Source: Hormiphora californensis (Eukaryota; Animalia; Ctenophora). Taken from it: 64,000 nt of DNA. How positions within the stretch are numbered: position 1 is the stretch's first letter; every line of letters begins with the position of its first letter. Below the pieces are notes generated by a model. The model worked only from the letters and a program-made list of their open reading frames with translations. It searched no databases and had not been told where the DNA came from. This document shows positions 1 through 12,029 of the stretch, piece after piece. The stretch is from positions 4,712,001 to 4,776,000 of the forward strand of contig CM035353.1 in NCBI GenBank assembly GCA_020137815.1, in the 5' to 3' direction. The translations under genes and the position numbers were made by a program.

Positions 1-1548
1 TGCTCTGGGAAGGAGTTATGAGACAAATGGGGGCACTAAAATGTGTAGAATCATTACATTAGTGGGGGTAGAGCACATATTTAGGTCGCTATCTGGATCC
101 ATAATTGAGATAATTGGATAATTAGCTAATTAGTTGCCCTGGAGCGCTAATAAATGAGACTAGGCGGAGTATACAAGACAAGTGAGGGCACTAAAATGTG
201 TAAAATCATCGCCTTAGCGGGGGTAGAGCACATAGCTGAGTTTCTATTCCCACTCCTAATTGAGATAATTGGATAATTAGCTAATTGACGGTTGCACACC
301 GTCCACTTTTCACCAAATCCCGTGGTTTCTAGGTAATCCTGAGCTCTTTTGCTCAATCTAAGGATCTTCTGACAACCCCTAACCCCATTTGTATCACCTT
401 TGACTCGTTTTACACAATAGTATAGCACTCGATACAACCCTAGACACTGCCTTCAGCTCTTTAGAACCCTCTTGCTCCATCCTAGACCTCTCATACATCC
501 AAGATCCAACTACAATCCTATAGAATTTTTATATCCTATTGCTCCTACAACACGTTCAACCTCTAATGTACTACAGTTTCCCATATTTATTGTTTGGACA
601 CACATTATAGGTTATAGGGGTTTAGGGATATTAGGGGTTTAGGGATATTAGGGGATGTCAGAAGATCCTTAGATTGAACAAAAGAGCTCAGGATTACCTA
701 GAAACCACGGGATTTGGTGAAAAGTGGACGGTGTGCAACCTTCAATTAGCTAATTATCCAATTATCTCATTTAGGAGTTGGAATAGAAACTCAGCTATGT
801 GCTCTACCTCCACTAAGGCGATGATTTTACACATTTTAGTGCCCCTACTTGTCTTGGATACTCCACAAAGTCTCATTTATTAGCGCTCCAGGGCAACTAA
901 TTAGCTAATTATCCAATTATCTCAATTATGGATCCAGATAGCGACCTAAATATGTGCTATACCCCCACTAATGTAATGATTCTACACATTTTAGTGCCCC
1001 CATTTGTCTCATAACTCCTTCCCAGAGCAAAGTTTCATGAATAATTAGCACGCACCGGACAGATAATTAGCTAATTATGCAATTATCTCAATTAGGGGTC
1101 CAGATAGCGACCTAAATATGTGCTCTACCCCCACTAATGCGATGATTCTACACATTTTAGTGCCCCCATTTGTCTCTTAGCTCCTTTTCTAGCCCGAATT
1201 ATGTATGTTTTAGGAGAATTTACCCTTAGGACGATAGTATCATATATGATACAAATCTCTAATTTGGGTTCTTTTCCTGGTAAAAACCGTTCACGAATGT
1301 AGAACTTGTAGCTACAAACCTCATGAAAGCATGAATTTATGCCATAACACCCACAAACTTGTACAATTTAGATTTGTTACTAGAATTCCCTTACGGGCGA
1401 TAGTATCATATATGCTACAGTGGGCCCAGCAAAAACTACATGTCGGAATTACAAATTTCCTTTTCGAGGCGTTTTGTGTTGAAAACATCTACTTATAAAC
1501 GAAAAATTAGACAATTCTATCGAGCCAATCCTTCTCGCCGTCAAAGGG
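1..1548. mobile_element. piggyBac-like non-autonomous foldback element, left end outside the window
   Basis: Positions 1-~380 are the reverse complement of ~652-1029. There are ~140-165 bp internal subrepeats. The right end reads ...CGTCAAAGGG|TTAA (TTAA at 1549-1552), which is a TTAA|CCCTTT terminus on the minus strand. It interrupts the 3' part of the LINE ORF2. Confidence 0.65.
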
Positions 1549-1552
1549 TTAA

Positions 1553-2496
1553 GCAAGCTTTGAAAGTAAGTCTCTGAGTGATCGGAAGAATATGGCACTG
1601 CCGGAAGAAATCCATGTAGTCTTCCTGGTGCCCACGGAGGTTATAGATGAAGCGAATACAGGAATTGAGAACTTTCTGGAGCCCATCTAAGACGGTCCCT
1701 GTGACCCCCCAACCTTTTAAAACTTGTATATCCGAATAGACTTGACATGTGGGCAGTAGCGATCCTACTATATCTTGCCAGTACCTCAGCCCTATACCCA
1801 GCCGGAGAATAGCTAAACATTGAGCTTGCTCAATGCGTGTGTGTGTGTTTACTCATTACCTCCCGGTGCTACAACCCCTCTACTAAACCATCCAAGATCT
1901 TTTTAGGTAGTCCACAATACAGTATGTTACTGTAATCAATCTTAGATATCACCAACTGCTTTACTAGCATAATCTTCGTTGAAATATCGAAACATTTGTT
2001 CAGTTGCCAGAGATTCCTCAACACCAAGCCACACTGTTTCCGAACGTTGTTGAACTGCCTCTCCATTGTCAGATTATGATCCAAAAGAACACCAAGAGTT
2101 TTACCATCCGTTCCACTACACTCCGTTGGGTAAATATCTTCTCCTCCAAAGTTGATGACCGGTTTAAATGACATCTTACTGATTGAGCTGCTCTTGCCAA
2201 CTAGAATGAACTCCGTCTTTGCCTCATTGCACTTCAGCCACTGTTCCACCATCCACTTCTTCAGCTTAGCAAGGCATTCTTCAATGTCCGCCTTCGTCCT
2301 CATCCAGCCGTTCTCTCTAATCTCCTGTAGTTTTCCAGTATCAGTAGACTTCATAAAGGTTTCCTGGACTAGACAAATATCACATCCTGTTTCTTCCAGA
2401 TGAGAAATGATACCCCCAGTTTTGTTAACAAGTGAACGAACATTTAACGTGCCAATCTTCCAAGCCTTTTCCTCAGTAGTTCCTCTCGGGTCCTCG
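1553..2496 (-). pseudogene. L2/CR1-group LINE ORF2 remnant: APE endonuclease N-terminus fused in frame to the RT C-terminal region
   Basis: The frame reads KIGTLNVRSL..DICLVQETF (APE motifs), then directly ECLAKLKKWM..LKCNEAKTEFIL, KTLGVLLD, SKIDYSNILYCGLP. After a ~200 bp insert it resumes LQKVLNSCIRFI..CHILPITQRLTFK. Confidence 0.85.
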
Positions 2497-4246
2497 TCAG
2501 ATAGTGGTTTTTTCCTCTTTGCTAACAGTCAATGTCCTCTCCGTTATCCTTGCTCGTTCATTGATGTATGAAGGGCACCACATGCTGGAAGCTGTATGGG
2601 TCTTGGCATACTTTCTGTCCTCTCGCGAGCCTCCTACCTCACAGTTGACACACTTCATTTTTCCAGTGTCATCTTTTTTCTTCGCATTACAGTCTTTCGT
2701 TTGATGTCCACCTGCACAGAAGCAGCAAACTGGGTCTTCCTTCCGAGGGCAGTACACTGAGCCTGCCATGTGTCCAAAACCTTGACAGTTATAGCATTGT
2801 ATCACATGATACCTGTTCCTCACCAAGTGTTGCCGAAGACCAATGTTGATCCTATCCCTTTTGTTCAAGATGATGCGCCGGATCTCTGGAGCTGTCTGGA
2901 TAACTGCATACCTATCTCTCTTGTTCACAAACACCACCTTCAGGGTCTTATCCTCATTGAAGAGCTTCTTGATATCCTCATTCTTATCCAAGATCGCAGC
3001 CAAGAGAGCATCCTTCTCAAGAAGTTCAGAGTCCAGATCATTAATCGTAACTTTTGGGTCCAGTTTCTTTGTCTCCTCCGAGAAGAAGGTCAATGAGCAT
3101 TCTGGAACAAGAGGAGACAGCACTCGTTCTGCTTCTTTCAGTTGGTCCTCATCCGGAAAATACAACATGGTGTGATCACTATTGACTCTAGATCTAACCA
3201 CAGGGACAGTCTTCAGGGCACTTTCTACTTTGCAGGGCCCACGACACCGGGGAGGGGGGGCCAGGGGAGGCCGCCCCCCCCCCCCCCCCCCCCTGGGATT
3301 TACCAAACATGGAAATTTTATTGAAATATTTCGTAGAGAATGTAAAAAATGCATGAAAATCAGTTGAAATTCTAAATTTTTCGGGGGCTTCGCCCCCTTC
3401 AAGGCATATATACAGGTTCTACGTGCCTCAAGTGAGTGAAAATCGGTTAAAAAGTCTAAATTTTTACCCCTGGGCCCCATTGGGAGTCTGCGGCCTCCAA
3501 ACCCCCTGCCGCTGCTCTTCCGGTGCTCCCTTCAAGACATACAGGTACGTAAACAGAAAGAAGGTGGAGATGGACTTCTAAATGCCTAAAATGAGTAAAA
3601 ATCGGTTAAAAGTCTAAAATTTTTCCGGGGGCTTTCACCCCTAGACCCCCATTGGGGGCCTGCGGCCCCCAAACCCCCTGCCGCTGCTCCTCCGGCGCCG
3701 CTTCGCGGCACCGTCGTCGTGTGCACATCTCAAAAATTCCGGTGCTCCGCACCGGCCCCCCCTGGAAAATTTCCGTGTCGTGGGCCCTGCTTTGGGTTTC
3801 ACAAATTCCGCCCACTTTTTTGCACAGAAAGATTCCTCTTCACCTTGGCCTCCTCCGGTGGTTATGTTGACATAATGTTTCATCTCAGGAGTCTCCGGTT
3901 CTTCCTGAATATCTTTCGGTTTCTCAGCCACACCTTCCAATCCTTCACTTTCTGCCACTGGTCTCACCAATGATGAAATGGTACTGATGAGATCCTTCTG
4001 AAGCTTCTCAAACGATTCTCTCAGGTCCATATTGTCCGCAGGAACAGAGTAAGGCGGTGAAGCTGGGATCAGTTTGTAACAAACCTTGAGAATATCCCAC
4101 AGCTGAGGTTTCAAAAGACCCGATGGGCAATTAGTGTCATCCCTCCTAAGACAAATCAACAAATCACTACCTTTATACTTGTCGATCTAATACATCACCT
4201 GATAACACATCTTCAAATTCACTCTTAGTGCTACATCTGTCATATA
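2497..4246 (-). pseudogene. LINE ORF1 (gag-like, three CCHC knuckles), interrupted by two DNA elements; its ATG is displaced to 10703
   Basis: Knuckles are CYNCQGFGH..C, CCFCAGGH..C and CVNC..H..C. Removing 3233-3789 plus one TSD copy restores EFVKPK-VESALK in frame. One frameshift lies near 4185. Confidence 0.85.
3233..3789. mobile_element. MITE with CAGGGCCCACGACAC TIRs and 5-bp TSD CTTTG
   Basis: TIRs are at 3233-3247 and 3775-3789. CTTTG lies at 3228-3232 and 3790-3794. The TSD length is confirmed by restoration of the host ORF1 frame. Internal GC-rich TTC/GAA-loop hairpins are present. Confidence 0.9.
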
Positions 4247-4960
4247 CCCTAGTAAAGGTCGCGCGGGCAATTATGGTGAAAATTGGCCAATCTACAAACA
4301 TTAATTCGCGAATCCTCAACAATATTGGCCAATATTCGCTGGATGCGCAAATAGATTGGCCAATCTTCGCTGGCCATGGCTGAATTTCACAGCTGATTCG
4401 CGCGCACACAACCCAAGATAACTGGTTTCGCGCCCCACGTCTATTATATATGCCACTCGATGCTCGCCAAATCCCCCGGTAAGGGATCGGCCGATGATGC
4501 TATTTGAATAATGTTACTTTGCTGGCAACATGCTTCCAATGAGATTCAATAACATGCAGCAATGTGAATTGAGATGATCCAATTATGAAATGTTACTTTT
4601 CGGTAATCTGGTACAGTCTTATCGGTGCAGTGATACTATACTGATGTTAGGGATCAGAATGATTTGAAAAGTAGACACCAAGAGGATTGCAGAACACCCG
4701 GAATTTTGATTTTAGCATAACGGGAACCATTTCCTCCCCATGGCGCCCTTTTTAGGGACCAAAACGAGGTCAGGCCAGGGCCAGAGGGTACTCGCGAAAT
4801 ACGGTCCACGGTCTCTGCGCCCCCAGCGACTCTCTCGACAGACACAAATTGGGTCGAGGAGAGTTAAAACTTCCTCAGAAATATTCAGGTGTTTTTGAAT
4901 GACCGATATGAAAATTCAATTAAATGATATATATACCAACTAAAATTTAAAATTACAAGA

Positions 4961-5030
4961 GCGGATTTGGCTCAGTTGATAGCAGCTTGTCTGTCACCCT
5001 CAGGGCGTCGGGTTCGAGACCAGAGCATCG
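4961..5030 (+). promoter_or_regulatory. tRNA-derived Pol III A/B-box segment (not a functional tRNA)
   Basis: A-box-like TGGCTCAGTTG and B-box GGTTCGAGACC sit at tRNA-like spacing, but there is no acceptor stem. Confidence 0.5.
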
Positions 5031-5213
5031 ACCCTTTTTCCATATTTTTTAAAAACATTTAGGAAATTGACACAGTAGTGAATAGATTGGTTCAATCGAA
5101 AAATAAGAATGAACTGCCCCATTTTCAAATTAGAAAACACTTTATATGAATTTCATAAATAAACCACCGTAATCCGGCTATAATCGTTCATGCGATTAAA
5201 TGAGTTATTTGAA

Positions 5214-5218
5214 ATCTC

Positions 5219-5274
<56 letters not shown>

Positions 5275-5420
5275 CTCTCTCTCCGACTCCGCTCTACTCT
5301 CTCTCTCTCTCCTCCTCGCTCTCTCTCTCTCTCTCATTCTCTTCTCTCGTCTCTCTCTCTCGTCTCTCTGCTCGCGTTCGTCGTCTCGCTCTCTCTCGGT
5401 CCTCGTCCTCTCTCTCTTCT
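5214..5420. repeat. (CT)n microsatellite, interrupted
   Basis: Read directly from the sequence. Confidence 0.95.
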
Positions 5421-5482
5421 CTTTCACGGGTTGTTTGCGTTGTATGTCTGTGTAGCACACCGTTCTTTGTGATTTAACCGAT

Positions 5483-6445
5483 ATGGAGAGTGAAAATGAA
5501 AGTGAAGGTTCTGCATCTGATCCAACCCAACTCATTGCCGATGAGATTGTCAACCTTGCCAGCAAATTCTCAGTGACAGTTGGAGGTCACACTTTGTCTT
5601 ATGATAGTGTTATGTACAAGATTGAGAAAAAAGACCTCATTTTTGGTACTTGTGGAGATCCTCGCATTGAGAAACAGAACAAAAAGAAGTTGCTTGAGTT
5701 GCTTGAAGAGTTGTCCCGTCTTCTTTTCTACAAGTGTCTCCCTGTTATTGACACGTTCAACCAACGAGTGAAGATGACTAATGACGAGAAGCTAGTGAAG
5801 ATTACTGAGCTAGAGAAGGAGCTGCAAACGCACCAGAAAGATGTTATCCAGTTGCAAAAGAAAGTGATCCAGTTGCAAGACAAGGAGCTGAGTGCAGCTA
5901 AAGCCGTGGCCCAAACAGTAGAGAGAGAGATGAAGTCTTTTTCCTCCGTCGTGTCAAGTAACTGTGCAGCGGCAATGGCACCATCAAGGTTGCAGGCAGT
6001 GATCGAGCGAGCAGCAAAACCGCCTAAGAAGGATGAGGAAACTGACAGGAGCAGAAACATCATTTTCTACAACGTTGATGAAGAGGATGGCGAACAGGAT
6101 ACACCCGAAACTGCTAAGGTGGATCAAGAGTGTGTTGAGGAAATCGTTGGGGCTCTAAACGAGAAGTTCAAGCTGTCTGATGTGAAGAGAATTGGCGTGA
6201 AGAGTAGTGACAAGGCGAGACCAATTGTGGCGACACTGTCATCGAGAGAGAATGTTGTGACTCTATTGAGGAAGGCTAAAGAGTTGAGAGAGACCGAAAA
6301 CTTTTCTGATATTTATCTTTCCCCAGATAGAACGTTTGAGGAGAGAGTGGAGAGAAAGAGAACAGTTGAGATTTTTAAGAAGTTGAAAGCAGACAATCCA
6401 ACTAAACAATATGTGATACGGAGAGGGGTCATAGAATGTGTGTGA
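5483..6445 (+). CDS. Intact LINE ORF1-like protein (CR1/L2-type: coiled coil plus RRM-like region), 320 aa, no ORF2 following
   Basis: Open from ATG to TGA. It has the coiled coil ITELEKELQTHQKDVIQLQ and the ORF1 motifs DRSRNIIFYNVDE, KRIG..RPIVATL and IYLSPDRTFEER. Confidence 0.8.
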   Translation: MESENESEGSASDPTQLIADEIVNLASKFSVTVGGHTLSYDSVMYKIEKKDLIFGTCGDPRIEKQNKKKLLELLEELSRLLFYKCLPVIDTFNQRVKMTNDEKLVKITELEKELQTHQKDVIQLQKKVIQLQDKELSAAKAVAQTVEREMKSFSSVVSSNCAAAMAPSRLQAVIERAAKPPKKDEETDRSRNIIFYNVDEEDGEQDTPETAKVDQECVEEIVGALNEKFKLSDVKRIGVKSSDKARPIVATLSSRENVVTLLRKAKELRETENFSDIYLSPDRTFEERVERKRTVEIFKKLKADNPTKQYVIRRGVIECV

Positions 6446-7081
6446 TATCGCCACATTCCATCATTCTCACCCTCACATTGTGCGAGTCTGCAACTCACAC
6501 TAGGTAGTTACCTAACCGATATATTCAGAATATTCAGATTTATACATATACTTGAACAAGACCCCTAGCTGCCTAGGGTAGTTAAATCTATCGCAGAGAC
6601 AGTTCTGTGGTGTCATCCCCTCTAAGGACCCTCATTACAGCAGTCGAGTGGGGGATTGCCTCAGCTCAAGGATCCGAGGTCACGTGACCTGTTACAGTAG
6701 CGAAAGAGAAATCTTGAGAGAGACTTTCTGTGTGTGATTTCTAGAGAGAGTTACCAGCCGTGACTCTAGCATTCGAGTCAGAACTCATATTTTACAAGTA
6801 TCTTTACGTTGCACGTGTGGAGTGAACTCTGTTACAACTTCCCCATTTTCTTCAACCTACATTCTACAACAATTCCAGCTGTTTCATCTTTGTCACATTA
6901 CAACGATACAACCATGTCCCTAACCACTAGTACGAGCAGCCCCGGTGTACAAAATTCCACCTCATTCACCCTCACTACGCACTCATATTCACATTCTCAC
7001 TGCGCTCTACAAGCTTGTGGAGGTACTTGTATCTCTTCGCATGGGGCCGGACAAGTGTGTTTTGTGTTTATTGAGTGGTTC

Positions 7082-7084
<3 letters not shown>

Positions 7085-7165
<81 letters not shown>

Positions 7166-7308
7166 CTCCCTTACTATCTCAGTATCTCTCACTCTCGCGT
7201 TTGCAACATTGTTATCAATCACCTGTTAAAACTGGAAGAACTACAGTAAGTACCTACTCGAGTACTCCAGTACACCAGATCTCTCAGTTCTCAAATTTGT
7301 GAACTGAG

Positions 7309-7364
<56 letters not shown>

Positions 7365-7640
7365 CCTTCTCTCTCATTCCCCTCTCTCCCAATCTCAGTC
7401 CCCCCTCTCATTCTCCCCTCTCATTCCCTCTTCTCTCCCAAACTCATTCCCCCTCTCATTCCCATCTCTCATTCCCCCTCTCATTCCCACTATATCCCAA
7501 TCTCTCACTCCCCCGCTCATTATCCCCCTCTCATTCCCCCCTCTTTCCCAAACTCATTCCCATATCTCATTCTCCATCTCCCAATCTCTCATTCCCGGTT
7601 CCCCATTTCATTATGCCCCTCTCGTTATCCCCCTCTCAGG
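7085..7640. repeat. (CT)n tracts plus degenerate CT-rich minisatellite (CCCCTCTCATT-like)
   Basis: Read directly from the sequence. Confidence 0.9.
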
Positions 7641-9048
7641 TGTGGCACTGGCTATTAATTATCGCACATTGAGAATCAAGTGTCCTGATTGGCCAGTGGA
7701 TCTCTATCTCAATTCACACATTACGTTCCACGTTATTGTATGTCACGCTGATGGAAAAGAGAGAGTGCATGCCCATTTGGTGTCGCATTCTATCACATGT
7801 ATAACACCTCAGTATCACGTGGATCGGACCAAGCTCCGAAACATGTTGTTCGTGGACGGTTTTCTAAAGTTTAGCGAAATAATAATCGCTCACTAACTTG
7901 ACTTCTAAATTTCAACACTAAACTGAATTTAGTTTCGTGGAGGACACCCAGGGTCACTTCTCGTGTTGTTGTTTTCGTGTGTGCGTCTCGGCTCTCCCTC
8001 CTCTGAGGGCCTTCTCGAATTTCACCACTTGTCTACCTCGTTCTCCCGCCATCCCCTGCTACTGTGAAGATACAGCAAAGAAACGACCAGCTACCGACCA
8101 CCGATCTACATTCTCCAATCAGATAAGACCATTCATGTTATTGTGTTGTTCCTTATTCATTTCTAGTGTAGGCTAGGGGGTGTTATAGTAGTGCTGTTTT
8201 CGATTTGGACTTGTCATGGTGTTTGTTTAGTTTTTTATAGCTAGGCCACCCTTCTTCTTATTCTATTTGGTTTGTCCTTTCTTTTAGTTGTATGTGTCTT
8301 TAGTCTTTTTTCGGTCATCATTACTAGTCCAGGCCGGGGGACAGGAGCTTAGCTTGATTTGGTTTTGGTGTATTAGTCTAGTTGTTTTTAGTTTTTACTC
8401 TTTTCCCCGTTATTACTTATTACTACTAGTTGTTAGGTAACATGTTTCAGAGCACGTTCCTGCTGAGGAAAGGGTAAGGCCATGCACTCACTCCAGGACC
8501 TGGCAGAGTTTTCTGTGGGATGAGAGGGGGTGGTTCAGGGGCTTTGTTCCCCTAGTTTTATAGGGTCGTTCTTACCCGGGGTCAGGGCTGTTTTCTGTTC
8601 TCCCTCATAAGGGAGAATTGAGTGGGGGTTCCTGGTTTTTGGCAACGAGGGGCTAGTTTCGGGATGGCTGGGGTTGGATGGGGTTGTTTGTCTTCTCCCA
8701 CTCGTCAAGGTCCTGTACAGGGTACACAATTCAGCCATACCATTCCAATCAGGTCGACCAAGGGTAAGAATTGAAAACCGATAATAATCACAAATCTTAA
8801 CCCCCCTTATTGCTAGGGAGTTCATTTGCAGGGCATGCTCCCGATAAGGAGCGGTGAGTTCACTCGCTCACACTACCACAACTATCATTCTTCAGGTATC
8901 TGAATCTCGGTAATGCTCTTCCAAATTGCACAAGTCACCTCCCCATTTTTCAGTGCACCCTATTCCTTTCTCTGCTCCTATTCCTTTTTCTCCCCATCCC
9001 CCTCTCTCCTTCTCTCTTTCATTTCTTGCTCCTCCCTGCTCCTTCTCT

Positions 9049-9091
<43 letters not shown>

Positions 9092-10685
9092 GATCCTATT
9101 AGTCTTGTATTTCATCTCTATCTGGTTCGGAACCATTTTCGGTGTTAATTGCCCTTCCTGGTCTCACGTTTCTCTTCTCTTCCCCTACTTTCTCTATGTA
9201 GTTCCCCGGGAGATCTCCCTTATCCTTCTTTTGATAGGGTCCCAATTAGCGGGTCTGGTGTAGCTTATTTCATCCCCTACCCTGTCCCGTCTTCCTGTGT
9301 CTATCCCTTCCTCTGTCTCTCGCCTCTCTCCCGCTCCTTTTTTAATCTCGTATTTCTGACCTAATCAGTAGCCCCACTCTTTTTCCACATACCACATTAT
9401 CACCTGGTTGGGTAATGGGCGACTGGCTATCGATTGGCTGGCTAGTGATTGGGCGAATCTGAATCTTCCTACCCATTCACTAGAACAGTATCTCATCTAA
9501 AATTTGGACCTAGCGGCATCACGCACTCACCCCACGCCATAGTATTAACCTTTGCCCTCACGATCAATGTCACTCAATATCAATTCGCCCCTGTTTTATC
9601 CCTGCATCAGTTCCGGGTTGTAGGACAATATAGACATAAGATTGTTTATAAATATCTAACAACCGGGAACTAGCACAATCTCTTCCCTTCCCTTAGTTCC
9701 ATTCCCAACCCCCTACCATTCACCCTTCCCTCCTGTAACCAAGACCTCGCTCCAGAGGATCTCGGCTAGGCGGGGCACCTTTCCCTGTTTGCTACCCCCT
9801 CCAGTTCGTCAGTCTGTCAGAACCCTATCACATGTGCCCTACGGCGCAGTTAGCGACCGTGCCCGAAACCATGACATTAACTTTGTTTGACAAAACTGCT
9901 CTGCATGTTATCGAGATTGTTAACATACACTAGTGATTAAGTGAGCCAGACAGTGCCGGTTTGAGAAAAACTGGGGTCAAACAAGGGTCAGCGTTGAGAG
10001 CTGTTACTTTCTAGTGTAACACCAACAGAGATGGTCTATTACCAAGAAAGGGGAATATGCCGCACAGAGGAAGCAAAAAAAAAAAAAAAAAAAAAAGGAC
10101 ACCCAGGGAAGGAGAGGTGAAAACATGATGACCAGATGAGAGAAAGCGGTAGGAGGGAGAAGAAGATCACAGGGAAGATAGGTGAAAACACCACAGGTGA
10201 GAGGAAGCCGCAGGAGGGTCGTAGAAGGAAATCAAGCAGAACCCAGATTGAGAAGAAAGTTAAGTGTCCATGAAGGGGGAGTGAAACCACGATTAACAGG
10301 TGAGAGAAAGCTGCAGGAAGGATGTAGAATAGGGCTAGAAAGGAAAGGTAAGATGTTTTACAAAAGGTTTACAGCACGGGAAAGGGGGTAGCAATTGGCG
10401 ATAGGGTTAGAAAGGGAAGGTGAGATGTTTCACAGAAGGTTCCTTGCATTGTGGTAACCGTTGCCGTGCATCCAACGCGACTTTCAGGCTTGCATTTTAA
10501 ATAATTTTGCGCGGCTTTAACAGTTTTAGCGCGGCTTTACAATTGCGCGTTCTGAATAACAGCGAAGATTGGCCAATATATTTGCGCATCCAGCAAAGAT
10601 TGGCCAATATTGTTGAGGATTCGCGCATTAATGTTTGTAGATTGGCCAATTTTCACCATAATTGCCCGCGCGACCTTTACTAGGG

Positions 10686-10725
10686 TATACTCGTAACGGT
10701 CATCCTAAAACACCCGTTGCACGCC
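10686..10725 (-). pseudogene. Displaced 5' end (start codon and short UTR) of the L2/CR1 LINE
   Basis: ATG at 10703-10701 joins 4246 in frame after removal of the 4247-10685 element. Confidence 0.7.
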
Positions 10726-12029
10726 GGCCAACAAAAAAACTCTTCACAGATTTCACAAATTAATTTGTTTAAAGTAGTGTTGAAAAGTTTGAAACATTCA
10801 TAAATAAATTTAGTATTGTACACAAAGCTTTAGCTCAAAAGGAGCCAACACTCAGATGACGTGGAAAGTCAGCAGGTTATATGTATCAGCCAAATGACAA
10901 TGAAAATCTATCTACTGTAAAATTTCATGACATCAAGCACTGCCCTACCCCTTTGTCTTTCTTTTTTTCTCCCCCTCTAAGTTAGTTGCCACCTGTATAG
11001 CTCGTGCTTGTTTATCCCTCCAGCCTCCGTCCCGTTGCGTATTTGGAGTCTAGAGATGGATTCGCCTATAGAATATTGGAGAGAATGTATGAGGAAATTT
11101 ATTGATAAAGCTTGTACAGAACGTATGGATACTCAAGAATCTCTCTTTTTCACAACAGGTCTCCACTTTCCACCATAGTCCATACTCCATAATTTGAATA
11201 CCATTGATTTATGAATAAACTGCATTACTGACCCTCGTCCCTCATTTCAGAGCAGCTGAGAGTACTGAGCGACCCTATCCGCAGAGCAAGAATCGAAGAT
11301 ATTCTTATAAAGCGATGTGAGAGAAAATTGGCAATTGTTCATAACGAGTCAATGGATGATCCGAACCTTGAGTGACACTGTAATTGAGTAAACGATATTA
11401 TTTTGTATTCTCAGGACTCAGTGTATAATGTATTCTCGGTTAATTTATATTTGTTAAATGTTTGTTTTTCTCAAGGAACTGGCCACAATGTTCGTGATCT
11501 GTCTGGTACTGCTGAGTTGGGGTCTGGTGCTAGCACACAGTTCGAGATCAGAGATGATCACAACAATTGTCAAATCAAAAACCGCCATCTTGTTACTTTC
11601 GGTCTCTTAAGCCTGGATGGGGTACGTGATCGATTCCAGGTGAACCGAGAATTTCCGCTCGCATTTCTCGATCTGTTCGGCCCATTTTGAGAGTTATGTA
11701 ACGCGCGAGAAGAAAATTGAGGGTAAAGTACTGCTTACTTCGCGCGGTGAGCCACTTTCACGTGGTAAGCGCGCGCTCTATTCTGGATGCTGCGTACACT
11801 GCACAGTGCAGTCTCTTTCCGATGCTGTGCACTCTCTTTGAGGCTCTCGGACTCCTTATGGGTCACCATCAGTCTCCCAAAACGTCCAAGAGGCCTCAAG
11901 TCTTAAAATTTTAAAAACGCATTTTCACATTTTTTTGAATTTGACCAATTTGGTGCGCGTCGCAATGTGCGCGTCGCATGCGCGTCTCATGCGCGTCGCG
12001 ATATGCGCGTCTCAACACATTCGGGGTGC

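Larger units (their letters stand above)
4247..10685. mobile_element. 6.4-kb non-autonomous TIR element (CCCTAGTAAAGG termini, ~130-bp TIRs, TA TSD; CMC/EnSpm-like) carrying cargo
   Basis: 4247-~4375 is the reverse complement of ~10557-10685, and TA flanks both sides. Excision leaving one TA restores the LINE ORF1 start MTVTSIYDRCSTK. Confidence 0.85.

Noticed and set aside
2497-4162. ORF-track proteins of 327 aa and 173 aa as real genes
   Set aside because: They are chimeras of LINE ORF1 and the inserted MITE 3233-3789.
4961-5030. Functional tRNA genes (also 38854-38920)
   Set aside because: A/B boxes are present but there is no acceptor or anticodon stem pairing. Kept only as tRNA-derived segments.
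5188-5565. ER/SL-rich ORFs here and at 6.8-7.3, 8.9-9.3, 43.5-44.8 and 54.3-54.6 kb
   Set aside because: They are translations of (CT)/(AG) microsatellites.
8430-9700. gag/protease remnant inside the 6.4-kb TIR element
   Set aside because: No DTG/DSG or CCHC motif could be read with confidence.
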